Part shown: positions 9,938-19,004 of the stretch, piece after piece
Layout of the letters: the number at the start of each line of letters is the position of its first letter
How positions within the stretch are numbered: the stretch's first letter is position 1
Origin: Caballeronia sp.
GTDB lineage: Bacteria; Pseudomonadota; Gammaproteobacteria; Burkholderiales; Burkholderiaceae
NCBI RefSeq assembly: GCF_028292365.1
Contig: NZ_JAQGMM010000244.1
Location: 12,898-76,897 of the forward strand
Direction of reading: 5' to 3'
Length of the DNA stretch: 64,000 bases
Notes under the pieces: generated by a model
Databases searched by the model: none
What the model was told of the DNA's origin: nothing
What the model saw: the letters and a program-made list of their open reading frames with translations, nothing else
Position numbers and translations under genes: made by a program

Positions 9938-11421
9938 ACGCGCGATGGGGTGGTCGCGACTGGAAATGGCGTCGATGCCTCTTATGCATCGCGTGGACAT
10001 CATCCGTGCTGTCGGGTTGCGCGCTGATCCACCATAACGGCACGCCTTATGCGGAGATCGCGCCCGAGCAAATCAATCTCGCCGACGACATCCATCTCGC
10101 GCGCGACGGCTGGCCCGCCGCGCGCTGGTGGACGCGCTATGGCGACGCGCAGCTCGACGCGCTGATCGATCAGGCGCTTGCCAATGCGCCAACGATGGTC
10201 ATTGCGCGCACGCGCGTCGCGCAGGCGAAGTCTGATGTCGAGCTTGCCCGAGCGGGATCGAACCTTCAGGTGGCCGCGCTGGCGTCGCTGGATCGCGAGC
10301 ACATCTCGGCGAACGGTTTTCTCGGGCCGTTCGCGAAGGACGAACCAGCTGCGGGGCTGACGGGTCCGTGGTACACCGAAGGCATCGTCGGGCTCGGCGC
10401 AAGCCTGGACGTCGACATCTGGGGCAAGCAGCGCGCGCAGATTGCCGCGTCGCTGGGCGTGAGCAATGCGCGGCTTGCCGAGACGTCCGCGGTTGAACTC
10501 GAAATCTCGACGGATGTCGCGCAGCTTTACTACGGTATCCAGACGAATTACCAGCTCATCGATCTGCTGAACGAATTGCATGAGGTAGCGGCGTTTGCGG
10601 TGCAAGCACACCAAGCACGCGCGGCGCGTGGACTCGAAGCCCGCACCTTGCTGGAAGAAGCCCGGGCGCAACAACTGGCCATCGAACAACAGATTGTGTC
10701 GGCACAAGTACAGATAAAGCAGTATCGCGAATCAATGCGAGCGCTGGTCGGCGCCGGTCCCAGCGGCTTGCCGGCGATCGAGGCCGTGGCGCTGCCGCCC
10801 TCGCAGGCGGCCTTGCCCGCGACGCTTTCATACGAACTGCTCGCACGGCGCCCCGATCTGCAAGCAATGCGATGGGTTGTAGAGTCGTCGTTCGACAAAA
10901 TCGACGCGGCGAAGGCGGCGTTCTATCCGAGCTTCGACATCAAGGCGTTCTTCGGCTTCGACGCATTGCACCTCGCAGACCTCTTCACGCATGCAAGCCA
11001 GCAGATCAACCTGATCCCGGGCCTGTACTTGCCGATCTTCGATGGCGGCAGGCTCAATGCGAACCTGAACGGCGCGCGGGAGGGCAGCAACCTGCTGATC
11101 GAGCGGTACAACGAGGCCGTCCTGAACGCGGTACGCGATGTCGCGCAGACGGGCAGCCGTCTGCAAGCTCTGGATGCTCAGACCGGGTTGCAGAAGCAAC
11201 GGATCGAATCAATTGCGTTCACGAGGGACAGCACTGAAGCCTCTTATCAACGCGGACTGACGAGCCGGCTCGCAGCGCTCGAAGCGCGCCAGCCCGTGAT
11301 CGCGGAACAGGTTGCTTTGCTCACGCTCAACGCCCAGACGCTCAGCCAGGAGATCGCGTTGACGAAGGCGCTCGGCGGTGGCTATCGCGCCGATCCGCCC
11401 GTCGAACTGAAACCGCGGTGA
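9934..11421 (+). CDS. mdtP: Efflux outer-membrane lipoprotein MdtP (NodT/TolC family)
   Basis: Lipobox LSGC, WWTRYGD, LLARRPDL, LPIFDGG, KALGGG; ATGA overlap with mdtO. Confidence 0.9.
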   Translation: MNARWGGRDWKWRRCLLCIAWTSSVLSGCALIHHNGTPYAEIAPEQINLADDIHLARDGWPAARWWTRYGDAQLDALIDQALANAPTMVIARTRVAQAKSDVELARAGSNLQVAALASLDREHISANGFLGPFAKDEPAAGLTGPWYTEGIVGLGASLDVDIWGKQRAQIAASLGVSNARLAETSAVELEISTDVAQLYYGIQTNYQLIDLLNELHEVAAFAVQAHQARAARGLEARTLLEEARAQQLAIEQQIVSAQVQIKQYRESMRALVGAGPSGLPAIEAVALPPSQAALPATLSYELLARRPDLQAMRWVVESSFDKIDAAKAAFYPSFDIKAFFGFDALHLADLFTHASQQINLIPGLYLPIFDGGRLNANLNGAREGSNLLIERYNEAVLNAVRDVAQTGSRLQALDAQTGLQKQRIESIAFTRDSTEASYQRGLTSRLAALEARQPVIAEQVALLTLNAQTLSQEIALTKALGGGYRADPPVELKPR

Positions 11422-11434
11422 ACGGCATCGTGCG

Positions 11435-11733
11435 TTAGAACTGCGGCGCCACGCCGTCCTTTTCGACGAACAGCACGTGCGCGTCATAAACGCCACTGGC
11501 GCCAGGTGTCACCACGAGGAACACCTTTTTCCCGCTATCAGATCCGTTCTGCTCGCCGGAGCCGGTGTCACGACGGGCACGTTTTCCGGCACCGTCACCG
11601 TGCTGCTGCCGGCTTTGAATGACACGATATCGCCACGAATTCGTTCGGGTTTGACGTCAGGCGTTTGCGCAAAAGACACGCTCGAAAACGCAACGGCAGC
11701 AAACAAAACACCTAGTTTGTAATGAATCGACAC
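11435..11733 (-). pseudogene. Remnant of a secreted/periplasmic protein gene (frameshifted, probably internally deleted)
   Basis: GTG start after GGAG; signal peptide ...SSVSFAQ. The frame breaks at a 5-A run (11526-11530); adding one A restores KKVFLVVTPGASGVYDAHVLFVEKDGVAPQF*. Confidence 0.6.
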
Positions 11734-11749
11734 GAGTTGCTCCATCACG

Positions 11750-11959
11750 TTGACTCGACGTCTGAACGCGGTGCTCGGTAAAACGCCCGTCGAGTACATT
11801 CAGGATCTGCGGATCGAGCGCGCCGTCCATCTGCTCAAGACAAGCAAGCTGACCGTTGATCGCATCGCCGAGCAGGTTGGGTATGCAGACGGCCACACTT
11901 TGCGAACATTGCTGCGGCGGCGCATCGGGAAGGGCGTACGTGAGTTGCGGGCGTCGTGA
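11750..11959 (+). pseudogene. 5'-truncated GlxA/AraC-family regulator (C-terminal HTH only)
   Basis: TRRLNAVLGKTPVEYIQDLRIERAVHLL...IAEQVGYAD is the AraC second HTH; no N-terminal domain or RBS. Confidence 0.8.
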
Positions 11960-11979
11960 ATTCCTGCGCTGGTAAAGCG

Positions 11980-12012
11980 TTGACAACTAGACATCATGAC
12001 GTCATGATGTCT
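11980..12012 (+). promoter_or_regulatory. Sigma70 promoter (TTGACA-N17-CATGAT) overlapped by a perfect 24-bp palindrome
   Basis: TTGACA at 11980-85, CATGAT at 12003-08; palindrome AGACATCATGAC|GTCATGATGTCT at 11989-12012. Confidence 0.75.
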
Positions 12013-12014
12013 GT

Positions 12015-12761
12015 ATGAATGCGAATCCTGACAGTCAACTTCCCCTTTATGCGCAGGTAGAAGCCGCGCTTGTGGCCAGTATTGCCGACGGGACTTATCC
12101 TCCGGGAACGCAACTGCCAAACGAAGCCGCCTTGCTGTCGGCGTTCGGCATAAGCCGGACAACCCTTCAGAAGACCGTGCAGAATCTGATCAGCCGGGGA
12201 TTGATTGAAATCCGCCGCGGCAAGGGCACGTTCGTTTCACAACCACGCCTTACGCAAGAGCTCACTGAGCTGAGCGGTTTTGTCGAGGATATGCGCGAAC
12301 ATGGCCGCCATCCCACCGCGCGTTTGTTGACGAAGAAAATTGAAAAGGCGAGTGATCTTGTCGCTCGCAAGCTCTCGCTTGAGCCGGGTGCGCCAGTGGT
12401 CCATATTCAGCGCATACGCATTGCCGACGGGACACCGTTATCGTTCGATGAAACCTGGTTGCCGAAGGAGATCGGCGAGAAGATCATCGAGAACGACCTG
12501 GAGGTCGAACCAATCTTTGCGTTGCTCGAGCAGAAGTACGACACGCCACTCCTTGCGGCGGAGTACAGACTTGAAGCTGTCTTGGCAAACAAGATTGTCG
12601 CGCAAGCACTTGAGATCAAGGCGGGCAGCGCGATTTTCCTGATTGAACGCACGTCGTACGGCGAGCAGGGCGCACCCGTTGACTATGAAAAGTTGTACTA
12701 CCGCGGTGACCAGATCCAGTTCGTCACGCACCTCAGGCGGCGCAAGCCGCACGGCCGGTAG
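12015..12761 (+). CDS. GntR-family (HutC subfamily, UTRA domain) transcriptional regulator
   Basis: PLYAQV...LPNE...FGISRTT...RRGKGTFV HTH; UTRA-like C-terminus (YYRGD). Confidence 0.93.
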   Translation: MNANPDSQLPLYAQVEAALVASIADGTYPPGTQLPNEAALLSAFGISRTTLQKTVQNLISRGLIEIRRGKGTFVSQPRLTQELTELSGFVEDMREHGRHPTARLLTKKIEKASDLVARKLSLEPGAPVVHIQRIRIADGTPLSFDETWLPKEIGEKIIENDLEVEPIFALLEQKYDTPLLAAEYRLEAVLANKIVAQALEIKAGSAIFLIERTSYGEQGAPVDYEKLYYRGDQIQFVTHLRRRKPHGR

Positions 12762-12775
12762 GGTGAGGAACTTCC

Positions 12776-13639
12776 ATGGATAGCGGTCATGTACTCTGGC
12801 TGTTTACGATGTCGCTTGGGGCTAGTGCACTAGGCGGAATGCTGGGCATGGCGAGCGGCATTTTCATCGTGCCCATCCTGACCGTGTTCGGCCACATCGA
12901 CATTCATGTTGCAATTGGCGCGAGCATCGTCTCGGTAATCGCCTGTTCCTGCAGCGGCGCCGCTCCCTTTCTTCACGGTCGATTGACCAATATCCGGCTT
13001 GCTGTTGTTTTGGAGACCGCAACAACTCTAGGTGCATTGTCCGGAGTGCTGATGAGCGGTCTCATTCCAGTACCCGTGCTCTATTTCATTTTTGCCGTGA
13101 TCCTGATGCTGTCAGCACAGCAAATGCTTGCAAGGCGTTCCGATCCTGTTGTTGCACCCGCTACCGCGAGCGCCATTGCGTGGAGTGCTTCGTTGCGTCT
13201 GGATTCCCGGTATCCGGATCACACGCTCGGACGCGAGATCGAATATCACGTGCATCGCGTCGGCCTTGGCATGTCCTTGATGTACGGCGCCGGATTGATT
13301 TCGGCGTTACTTGGCATCGGTAGCGGCGTCCTCAAGATCCCTGCAATGGATATGGCGTTGCGCCTGCCGATCAAGGTTTCCTCCGCGACGTCCAATTTCA
13401 TGATCGGCGTGACAGCGGCGGCCAGCGCCGGCGCCTACTTCCTGCGCGGCGAAATCGTGACCGCGATTGCCGCACCCGTGGCGCTGGGTTCTGTCGTGGG
13501 CGCGGTGCTTGGTGCTCGCGTTTTGATGCGGATATCGAGTGACAAACTGCGCGTGCTTTTCGTCGTGGTGCTCGCGATCCTTGCAGTGCAGATGCTTCTC
13601 GAAGCACTGGGTATTCGCCTCTTCGGAGCGTCGGCATGA
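12776..13639 (+). CDS. Sulfite exporter TauE/SafE (TSUP) family membrane protein
   Basis: GGMLGMASGIFIVP and ALLGIGSGVLKIPAMD repeats; SATSNFMIGVTA. Confidence 0.9.
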   Translation: MDSGHVLWLFTMSLGASALGGMLGMASGIFIVPILTVFGHIDIHVAIGASIVSVIACSCSGAAPFLHGRLTNIRLAVVLETATTLGALSGVLMSGLIPVPVLYFIFAVILMLSAQQMLARRSDPVVAPATASAIAWSASLRLDSRYPDHTLGREIEYHVHRVGLGMSLMYGAGLISALLGIGSGVLKIPAMDMALRLPIKVSSATSNFMIGVTAAASAGAYFLRGEIVTAIAAPVALGSVVGAVLGARVLMRISSDKLRVLFVVVLAILAVQMLLEALGIRLFGASA

Positions 13640-13962
13640 GACGCACGGCATCGCGTGCACCAGGGCTCGATCGGTGGTTGGCCTGGCTTCTGCAATATGG
13701 CACGTGGGTGGCCGCAAGTACGGTTGCGGCAGGACTCGCGCTGGCGTTGCTGGGTTCATGGGCTCGCAACGGGTCCCCGGCAACGGCAGTTGTCGCCACC
13801 CGTATCATGACTACGGGAATCGCATTTTTCATCCTCCTGCCGGTCATGCGTTTGATATTGATGCTGGGCGTTTTCCTGCATCAACGTGATTATCGTTTCA
13901 GCGCGATCGCCGCGCTGGTACTGATGATCGTGATCGCCGGATCGATGATCGGCGCAATGTGA
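13636..13962 (+). CDS. DUF1634-family small membrane protein
   Basis: Three TM segments, GIAFFILLPVMRL...RDY motif; ATGA-coupled to tauE, which is the usual pairing. Confidence 0.8.
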   Translation: MRRTASRAPGLDRWLAWLLQYGTWVAASTVAAGLALALLGSWARNGSPATAVVATRIMTTGIAFFILLPVMRLILMLGVFLHQRDYRFSAIAALVLMIVIAGSMIGAM

Positions 13963-14022
13963 GCGGCCGCATGCGTGGCTGTGCGACAGCACGGTAAATT
14001 CGTGCCGGCAGAAGGTGATTGC

Positions 14023-14661
14023 TCAGGCGTAAGGCGTGCCAGCCATTGCCGCTTTCAGCCCGATGGTTCCCTTATCAACAATAGCGAGGAAGGCGGCTTT
14101 CGCTTCCTTTGTATCCTGCCTTTGTCGAAAGGTCCGATGCGCCTGGATGAGGGCCACCGTCCACGTCGCCAGGAGCAGATCGGCCGCGAGATGGGCATCG
14201 GGATCGGCAGGTTCTCGCCCTACACATTCGCATAGCGCCAACCCTACTACTTGAGCGAACTCGTCACGGACCGCCCGGGCCCGCGCCTTGAGCGTTTCGC
14301 TGCCTTCGATTGTCTCTACGAAGCCTTGGCTCGCAGCAGTGAATCTCACGAAAGGGCTTTGTTCCGCAATCAGCCGATGAGCGAGCAGACGCAACGTTTC
14401 GATAGGAGCGACGCGGGGATCTCGCTGCCGCAAAGCTTCGCGCAGCAGCTCGCGACCCTCTTCGTCGCGATCAAAGAACATGTCCTCCTTGCGGGGAAAG
14501 TGATTGAACACCGTCATGCGTCCGACGTCGGCGGCTGCCGCAATCTCGTCCACCGTCACCTGATCGAAGCCCCGCTCCAGGAAGAGGCGCGTGGCGGCAA
14601 TGGAGATGCTTTCTCGCGTAGCGAGGCGTTTGCGGGATCGACGGTCGGATGGCGTTGACAT
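14023..14661 (-). CDS. TetR/AcrR-family regulator
   Basis: LFLERGFDQVTVDEIAAAADVGRMTVFNHFPRKED. Confidence 0.95.
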   Translation of the reverse strand: MSTPSDRRSRKRLATRESISIAATRLFLERGFDQVTVDEIAAAADVGRMTVFNHFPRKEDMFFDRDEEGRELLREALRQRDPRVAPIETLRLLAHRLIAEQSPFVRFTAASQGFVETIEGSETLKARARAVRDEFAQVVGLALCECVGREPADPDAHLAADLLLATWTVALIQAHRTFRQRQDTKEAKAAFLAIVDKGTIGLKAAMAGTPYA

Positions 14662-14685
14662 GTCGCCATTTTACAGCATAATTAG

Positions 14686-14698
14686 TGTACTGAGTACA
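14686..14698. promoter_or_regulatory. TetR operator candidate TGTACT-G-AGTACA
   Basis: Palindrome in the short divergent tetR/monooxygenase gap, just downstream of TTGACA(14655)-N16-CATAAT(14677). Confidence 0.6.
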
Positions 14699-14714
14699 TA
14701 TTGGGATGCAGTAT

Positions 14715-16250
14715 ATGAAAAAACACGTTGATGTTGTCATCGTGGGCGCCGGGCCGGTCGGGCTCCTGAGCGCCATCGAATTGACGCTGGGCGGCGCACG
14801 CGTCCTCGTCCTGGAGCGTCTGGCCGTCGCGAGCATGGCCATGAAGGCAATGTCGGTCGGCCCTCTTGCATGTGAAGCGTTACGGCGTCGCGGGATGACC
14901 GCGGCCATCGCCACTGAAGAGGCGCACAGCTTCGCGGCGATGGCGCGATTCACAGCGCAGACCGGAGCGGACCTGCGTGGCCGAGCGTCGAAGTTCAGCG
15001 GCCATTTCGCTGGCCTGCTGATCCGAAAGGACGCACAAAAAGAGTCGGAACGACGCGCCTATGCCGTGGGCCAGCATGGCCTCGAAGCCATGCTGGCGGA
15101 GCGCGCGCACGCGCTCGGAATCGAGGTGCGCCGCGAGCGCGACGTCACACGCTTCGAGCAGCAGGTGGACGGCGTCGACGTGGAGTGGGCATCGCCGACA
15201 GGCGAAGGCCATATCCGCTGCTCCTACCTCGTGGGTTGCGACGGGGGACGCAGCCTCATCCGCAAGATGGCTGGCTTTGATTTCCCCGGCACGGCTCCAA
15301 CGTCGACGTTCTACCAGGTCATCGCGGAGATCGACCATCCCGAGCGCCTGTTGCCCATTGGCTGGCGTCGCACATCGGATGGTGTGTTCTCCTACGGGCC
15401 TGTCCCCGGTCGATTGTTCATGCTGGACTTTAGCGGCCCGCCTGAAGATCGGCAGGCTCCGGTGACACTGGAGGAGATCGAAGCCGTTCTACGCCGCATC
15501 AGCGGCGTGGACGTGCGCGTGAAAGCGCTGACAAGCGGCAGCCGATGGGCCGACAACACGCGGCTTGTCGATACCTACCGCCAGGGCCGCGTGCTGCTTG
15601 CCGGTGACGCGGCGCATGTTCATTCGCCGTTCGGTGGTCAGGGCCTGAGCCTCGGGCTCGTGGACGCCGCCAACCTCGGCTGGAAGCTCGCCGCGGTCAT
15701 TCGTGGCGAGATGCCCGAAAGCCTGCTCGACACCTATACGGCCGAGCGGCGGCCCGTGGCCGTTGCCGTTCTGGCGAACACGCTTGCGCAGGCGGCAATC
15801 TTACGGCCCGATCCACAATCCGGTGCGATGCGGGAACTGGTCGCGAACCTCATGCAACTCGACGACGTCAATCAGCTCATCAGTGAGATCATGCGCGGCC
15901 TCTCCACCCGTTACGATCTCGGCTCGGAACGGGACGCCGTCGGACGGCTGACTGGCGACAGGCCGATCAACCACGGCAATGCCGAGGTCTCCCTCTACGA
16001 TCTCATGCAGGATGGCATGGGCGTTCTTCTCGACGCATCAACCGGTGCGAAGGCTTCCGGGATCGTTGCGGTCGGCACGCAGAGAGTATGTTGCGTCGCC
16101 GTTGATGCAGGCCCGTCAATGCTGATCCGTCCCGACGCCTGCATTGCTTGGACCGGTGAGGAGAACAGCACAGACGGATTGGAGGACGCGCTCCGTCGCT
16201 GGTTCATACCAGCACGTGATGACGGGTCCATGGTTCGATCCGGACAGTGA
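14715..16250 (+). CDS. FAD-dependent monooxygenase (class A; rifampin monooxygenase Rox/aromatic polyketide hydroxylase-like)
   Basis: GAGPVG, GHFAGL, VGCDGGRS, RVLLAGDAAHVH...GGQG, C-terminal LIRPD. Confidence 0.9.
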   Translation: MKKHVDVVIVGAGPVGLLSAIELTLGGARVLVLERLAVASMAMKAMSVGPLACEALRRRGMTAAIATEEAHSFAAMARFTAQTGADLRGRASKFSGHFAGLLIRKDAQKESERRAYAVGQHGLEAMLAERAHALGIEVRRERDVTRFEQQVDGVDVEWASPTGEGHIRCSYLVGCDGGRSLIRKMAGFDFPGTAPTSTFYQVIAEIDHPERLLPIGWRRTSDGVFSYGPVPGRLFMLDFSGPPEDRQAPVTLEEIEAVLRRISGVDVRVKALTSGSRWADNTRLVDTYRQGRVLLAGDAAHVHSPFGGQGLSLGLVDAANLGWKLAAVIRGEMPESLLDTYTAERRPVAVAVLANTLAQAAILRPDPQSGAMRELVANLMQLDDVNQLISEIMRGLSTRYDLGSERDAVGRLTGDRPINHGNAEVSLYDLMQDGMGVLLDASTGAKASGIVAVGTQRVCCVAVDAGPSMLIRPDACIAWTGEENSTDGLEDALRRWFIPARDDGSMVRSGQ

Positions 16251-16255
16251 TCATT

Positions 16256-16318
16256 TCTGCCTTATCGGCCTTATCGGCCTTATCGGCCTTATCTGCCTTA
16301 TCTGCCTTATCTGCCTTA
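16256..16318. repeat. 9-bp tandem repeat TC(T/G)GCCTTA x7
   Basis: Read directly: one T-type, three G-type, then three T-type units. Confidence 0.95.
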
Positions 16319-16682
16319 TGCCGCATCACTCGCAGTCGATTAAAACGTCGGCAAGAACAAGCAGTGCATTTGCCAACCAGGCCTGTACCAATCAGCGTAG
16401 GGCATGACGCATGCTTGACTGATGGGAACAATTGAATTGCGACGGGCCATGCTGATTTCGCGTCTCAACTCGTCCAGAATAGAATCCACGCCCGATCAGG
16501 ACTGAAACGTCTGGGCAGTTCTCGAAGAATTCACCGCCTGTTTTGTACCGCGTTCTCCAGCCTCGGGTGCTCTGCAATCGGCCACCGCTTCGGCAAGCAT
16601 TTGCAAATCCGGCTACGCTGTAGGCGGCTGTTGCCCTCGTGTCGAACCGGTGACGAAACAGACAATCATCATCAGGAAAGCA

Positions 16683-17324
16683 ATGAAACAACCGATCAGA
16701 ATCGATTTTGTCTCCGACATAGCGTGCCCGTGGTGTGCTGTCGGTCTATCCTCGCTGCAACTTGCCCTGTCACGGCTTGGCGATGCCGTCGATGCCGAGT
16801 TAGTCATGCATCCCTTCGAACTGAATCCGCAGATGGGTGAGGAGGGTGAAGACCTTGTCGAACATATCAGCAAGAAATACGGGCGCACTCCGCAACAGGT
16901 GGCCCAAGCGCAGGAGGATCTCCGGCAGCGCGGCGCGGCTGTTGGTTTCACCTTCGGCACGCGTAGCCGGATCTATAGAACCTTCGACGCGCACCGCCTG
17001 ATGCATTGGGCCGGTATCAAGGGCAAACAGGTACAGCTTAAAGAGGCGCTGCTGCAGGCTTATCATGGCGAGGGCAAGGCCACGAGCAACCATGACATTC
17101 TGGTTGAAGCGGCGCAATCTGTGGGGCTTGACGGTGCTGAGGCGCGCTCCGTTCTGCAAGGAGGCGACTATGCCAATGAGGTCCGTGCAGAAGAAGAGAA
17201 ATATCAGGCAATGGGTATCCAGTCAGTGCCGTCGATCATCTTCAATGACCGCTACCTGCTGACTGGCGCACAACCGGTCGAAGCGTTCGAGAAAGCCATT
17301 CGACAGATTCTGTCTGAAGCGTAA
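16683..17324 (+). CDS. DsbA-family (FrnE-like) dithiol-disulfide oxidoreductase
   Basis: SDIACPWC motif, HPFELNP, GIQSVP cis-Pro loop, GAQP. Confidence 0.92.
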   Translation: MKQPIRIDFVSDIACPWCAVGLSSLQLALSRLGDAVDAELVMHPFELNPQMGEEGEDLVEHISKKYGRTPQQVAQAQEDLRQRGAAVGFTFGTRSRIYRTFDAHRLMHWAGIKGKQVQLKEALLQAYHGEGKATSNHDILVEAAQSVGLDGAEARSVLQGGDYANEVRAEEEKYQAMGIQSVPSIIFNDRYLLTGAQPVEAFEKAIRQILSEA

Positions 17325-17556
17325 TCACACCACGGTGAGCGGCTGCGAGAAGCAGTCGTTCACTGGCGCGTTCGGCAACCGAACCGACTCACCGACGGTC
17401 GAGTATTCACCCAACAACATTGATAGGTGAACGGCCGTTGGAGCAATCGACTCCCGTAAAAAGGGACCTGCCTGCACGCCTCCCGCCAATTTGTTACTGT
17501 CGCTTCAAGATACCAATGCCCCAAAACGATTCCCCAAAATACCAGGAGCTTTGAGC

Positions 17557-18435
17557 ATGACCGATTCCGCTGACTACGTGCCGCCGAAAGTTTGGACCTG
17601 GAACAAATCCGACAATGGCCGCTTCGCGAACATCAACCGGCCGATATCCGGGCCGACCCATGACAAGGATCTGCCAGTCGGTCGCCATCCTCTCCAGCTC
17701 TACTCACTGGCGACACCGAACGGCGTGAAGGTCACGACGATGCTGGAAGAATTGTTGGCTCGCGGTCACAGCGGCGCGGAATACGATGCCTGGCTGATCA
17801 GGATTGGCGACGGTGAGCAGTTCGGTAGCGGCTTCGTGCAAGCGAATCCCAACTCCAAGATCCCCGCGCTGTTCGATCACAGCGGCCCGAAGCCAATCCG
17901 GGTGTTCGAGTCCGGCGCGATTCTGCTTTATCTTGCCGAAAAATTTGGCGCGTTCCTGCCGACGGAAGCGAGCGCTCGCGCCGAATGCCTGTCATGGCTG
18001 TTCTGGCAGATGGGCAGCGCACCGTATCTGGGCGGAGGCTTCGGCCATTTTTATGCCTACGCACCGACGAAGATCGAATATGCCATCGACCGTTTCGCGA
18101 TGGAAACGAAGCGTCAGCTCGATGTGCTCGACAAGCAGCTCGCCGGCAACGAATATATAGCTGGCAGCGAGTACACGATAGCCGACATGGCGATCTGGCC
18201 TTGGTATGGTGGCTTGGTAAAGGGCTGGATATACGAGGCGGCCGAGTTCCTGGCCGTACAGGACTACAAACATGTTCAGCGCTGGGCTGATGCGATCGGG
18301 GAACGCCCGGCCGTGCGCCGTGGGCGGATGGTCAACCGTGTTTTTGGCGAGCTTTCCAGTCAACTGCACGAGCGCCATGATGCCTCTGACTTCGAAACCA
18401 GGACACAGGACAAGCTGACCACCCAGCCGGAGTGA
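17557..18435 (+). CDS. yghU: Glutathione-dependent disulfide-bond oxidoreductase (Nu-class GST)
   Basis: YVPPKVWTW, FANINRP, LYSLATPNGVKV, NPNSKIP, ERHDASDF; AGGAG RBS. Confidence 0.93.
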   Translation: MTDSADYVPPKVWTWNKSDNGRFANINRPISGPTHDKDLPVGRHPLQLYSLATPNGVKVTTMLEELLARGHSGAEYDAWLIRIGDGEQFGSGFVQANPNSKIPALFDHSGPKPIRVFESGAILLYLAEKFGAFLPTEASARAECLSWLFWQMGSAPYLGGGFGHFYAYAPTKIEYAIDRFAMETKRQLDVLDKQLAGNEYIAGSEYTIADMAIWPWYGGLVKGWIYEAAEFLAVQDYKHVQRWADAIGERPAVRRGRMVNRVFGELSSQLHERHDASDFETRTQDKLTTQPE

Positions 18436-18441
18436 GGCAAG

Positions 18442-18475
18442 ACGGCTCCGCTGCACAATTGCAAAGCGGAGCCGT
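18442..18475. terminator. Hairpin between the convergent yghU and ahpD-like genes
   Basis: Arms ACGGCTCCGCT / AGCGGAGCCGT. Confidence 0.65.
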
Positions 18476-18515
18476 TCAGAACTTTTACGCGGCTACTCGC
18501 AACAAAAACAAAAGC

Positions 18516-18947
18516 CTAAAGCAGCATGCCGATAGCGAGACGATTAAACGCGTTCATCAGCGCGATGGCGATTGTCAGATCCGAGATTTCCGCATCGGAG
18601 AAGAGTGCCTTCAGCGGGGCGTAGCGTTCCTCCGGAGCGCCTTGTTGGTCGACGTGCGTCAACGTCTCGGCCCATGCCAGCGCGGCGCGTTCCCGTGCGT
18701 CGAACAGCGCGCTGACACGCCAACCCGCGAGTTGGTCGAGTTTGCGTACGGCAATACCGGAATCACGGAGCGTCGACGAATGTTTGTCGAGACAGAACGC
18801 GCAACCGTTGATTTGCGAAATGCGCAGATAGATCAATTCGATCATGGGCAGACCGAGGCTACTGTCGGAAAGTGCCTTGCTTGTCGCCAGGAGACCCTGG
18901 TAAGCGGCAGGAGATAGTGTCGTAAATGGAAGGCGAAGTTGGCTCAT
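18516..18947 (-). CDS. Carboxymuconolactone decarboxylase/AhpD-family protein
   Basis: ELIYLRISQINGCAFCLDKH; MNAFNRL. Confidence 0.92.
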   Translation of the reverse strand: MSQLRLPFTTLSPAAYQGLLATSKALSDSSLGLPMIELIYLRISQINGCAFCLDKHSSTLRDSGIAVRKLDQLAGWRVSALFDARERAALAWAETLTHVDQQGAPEERYAPLKALFSDAEISDLTIAIALMNAFNRLAIGMLL

Positions 18948-19004
18948 GGTCAGGCTCTGAAGTAGTTGAAGAGGGCGATAAAAAAGCGAAACAAGGTGAA
19001 AAAT

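Noticed and set aside
16256-16318. Possible CRISPR array, or real (KAD)n / (SAL)n repeat proteins
   Set aside because: The units are 9 bp with no spacers and no cas genes; the overlapping ORFs are by-products of the VNTR.
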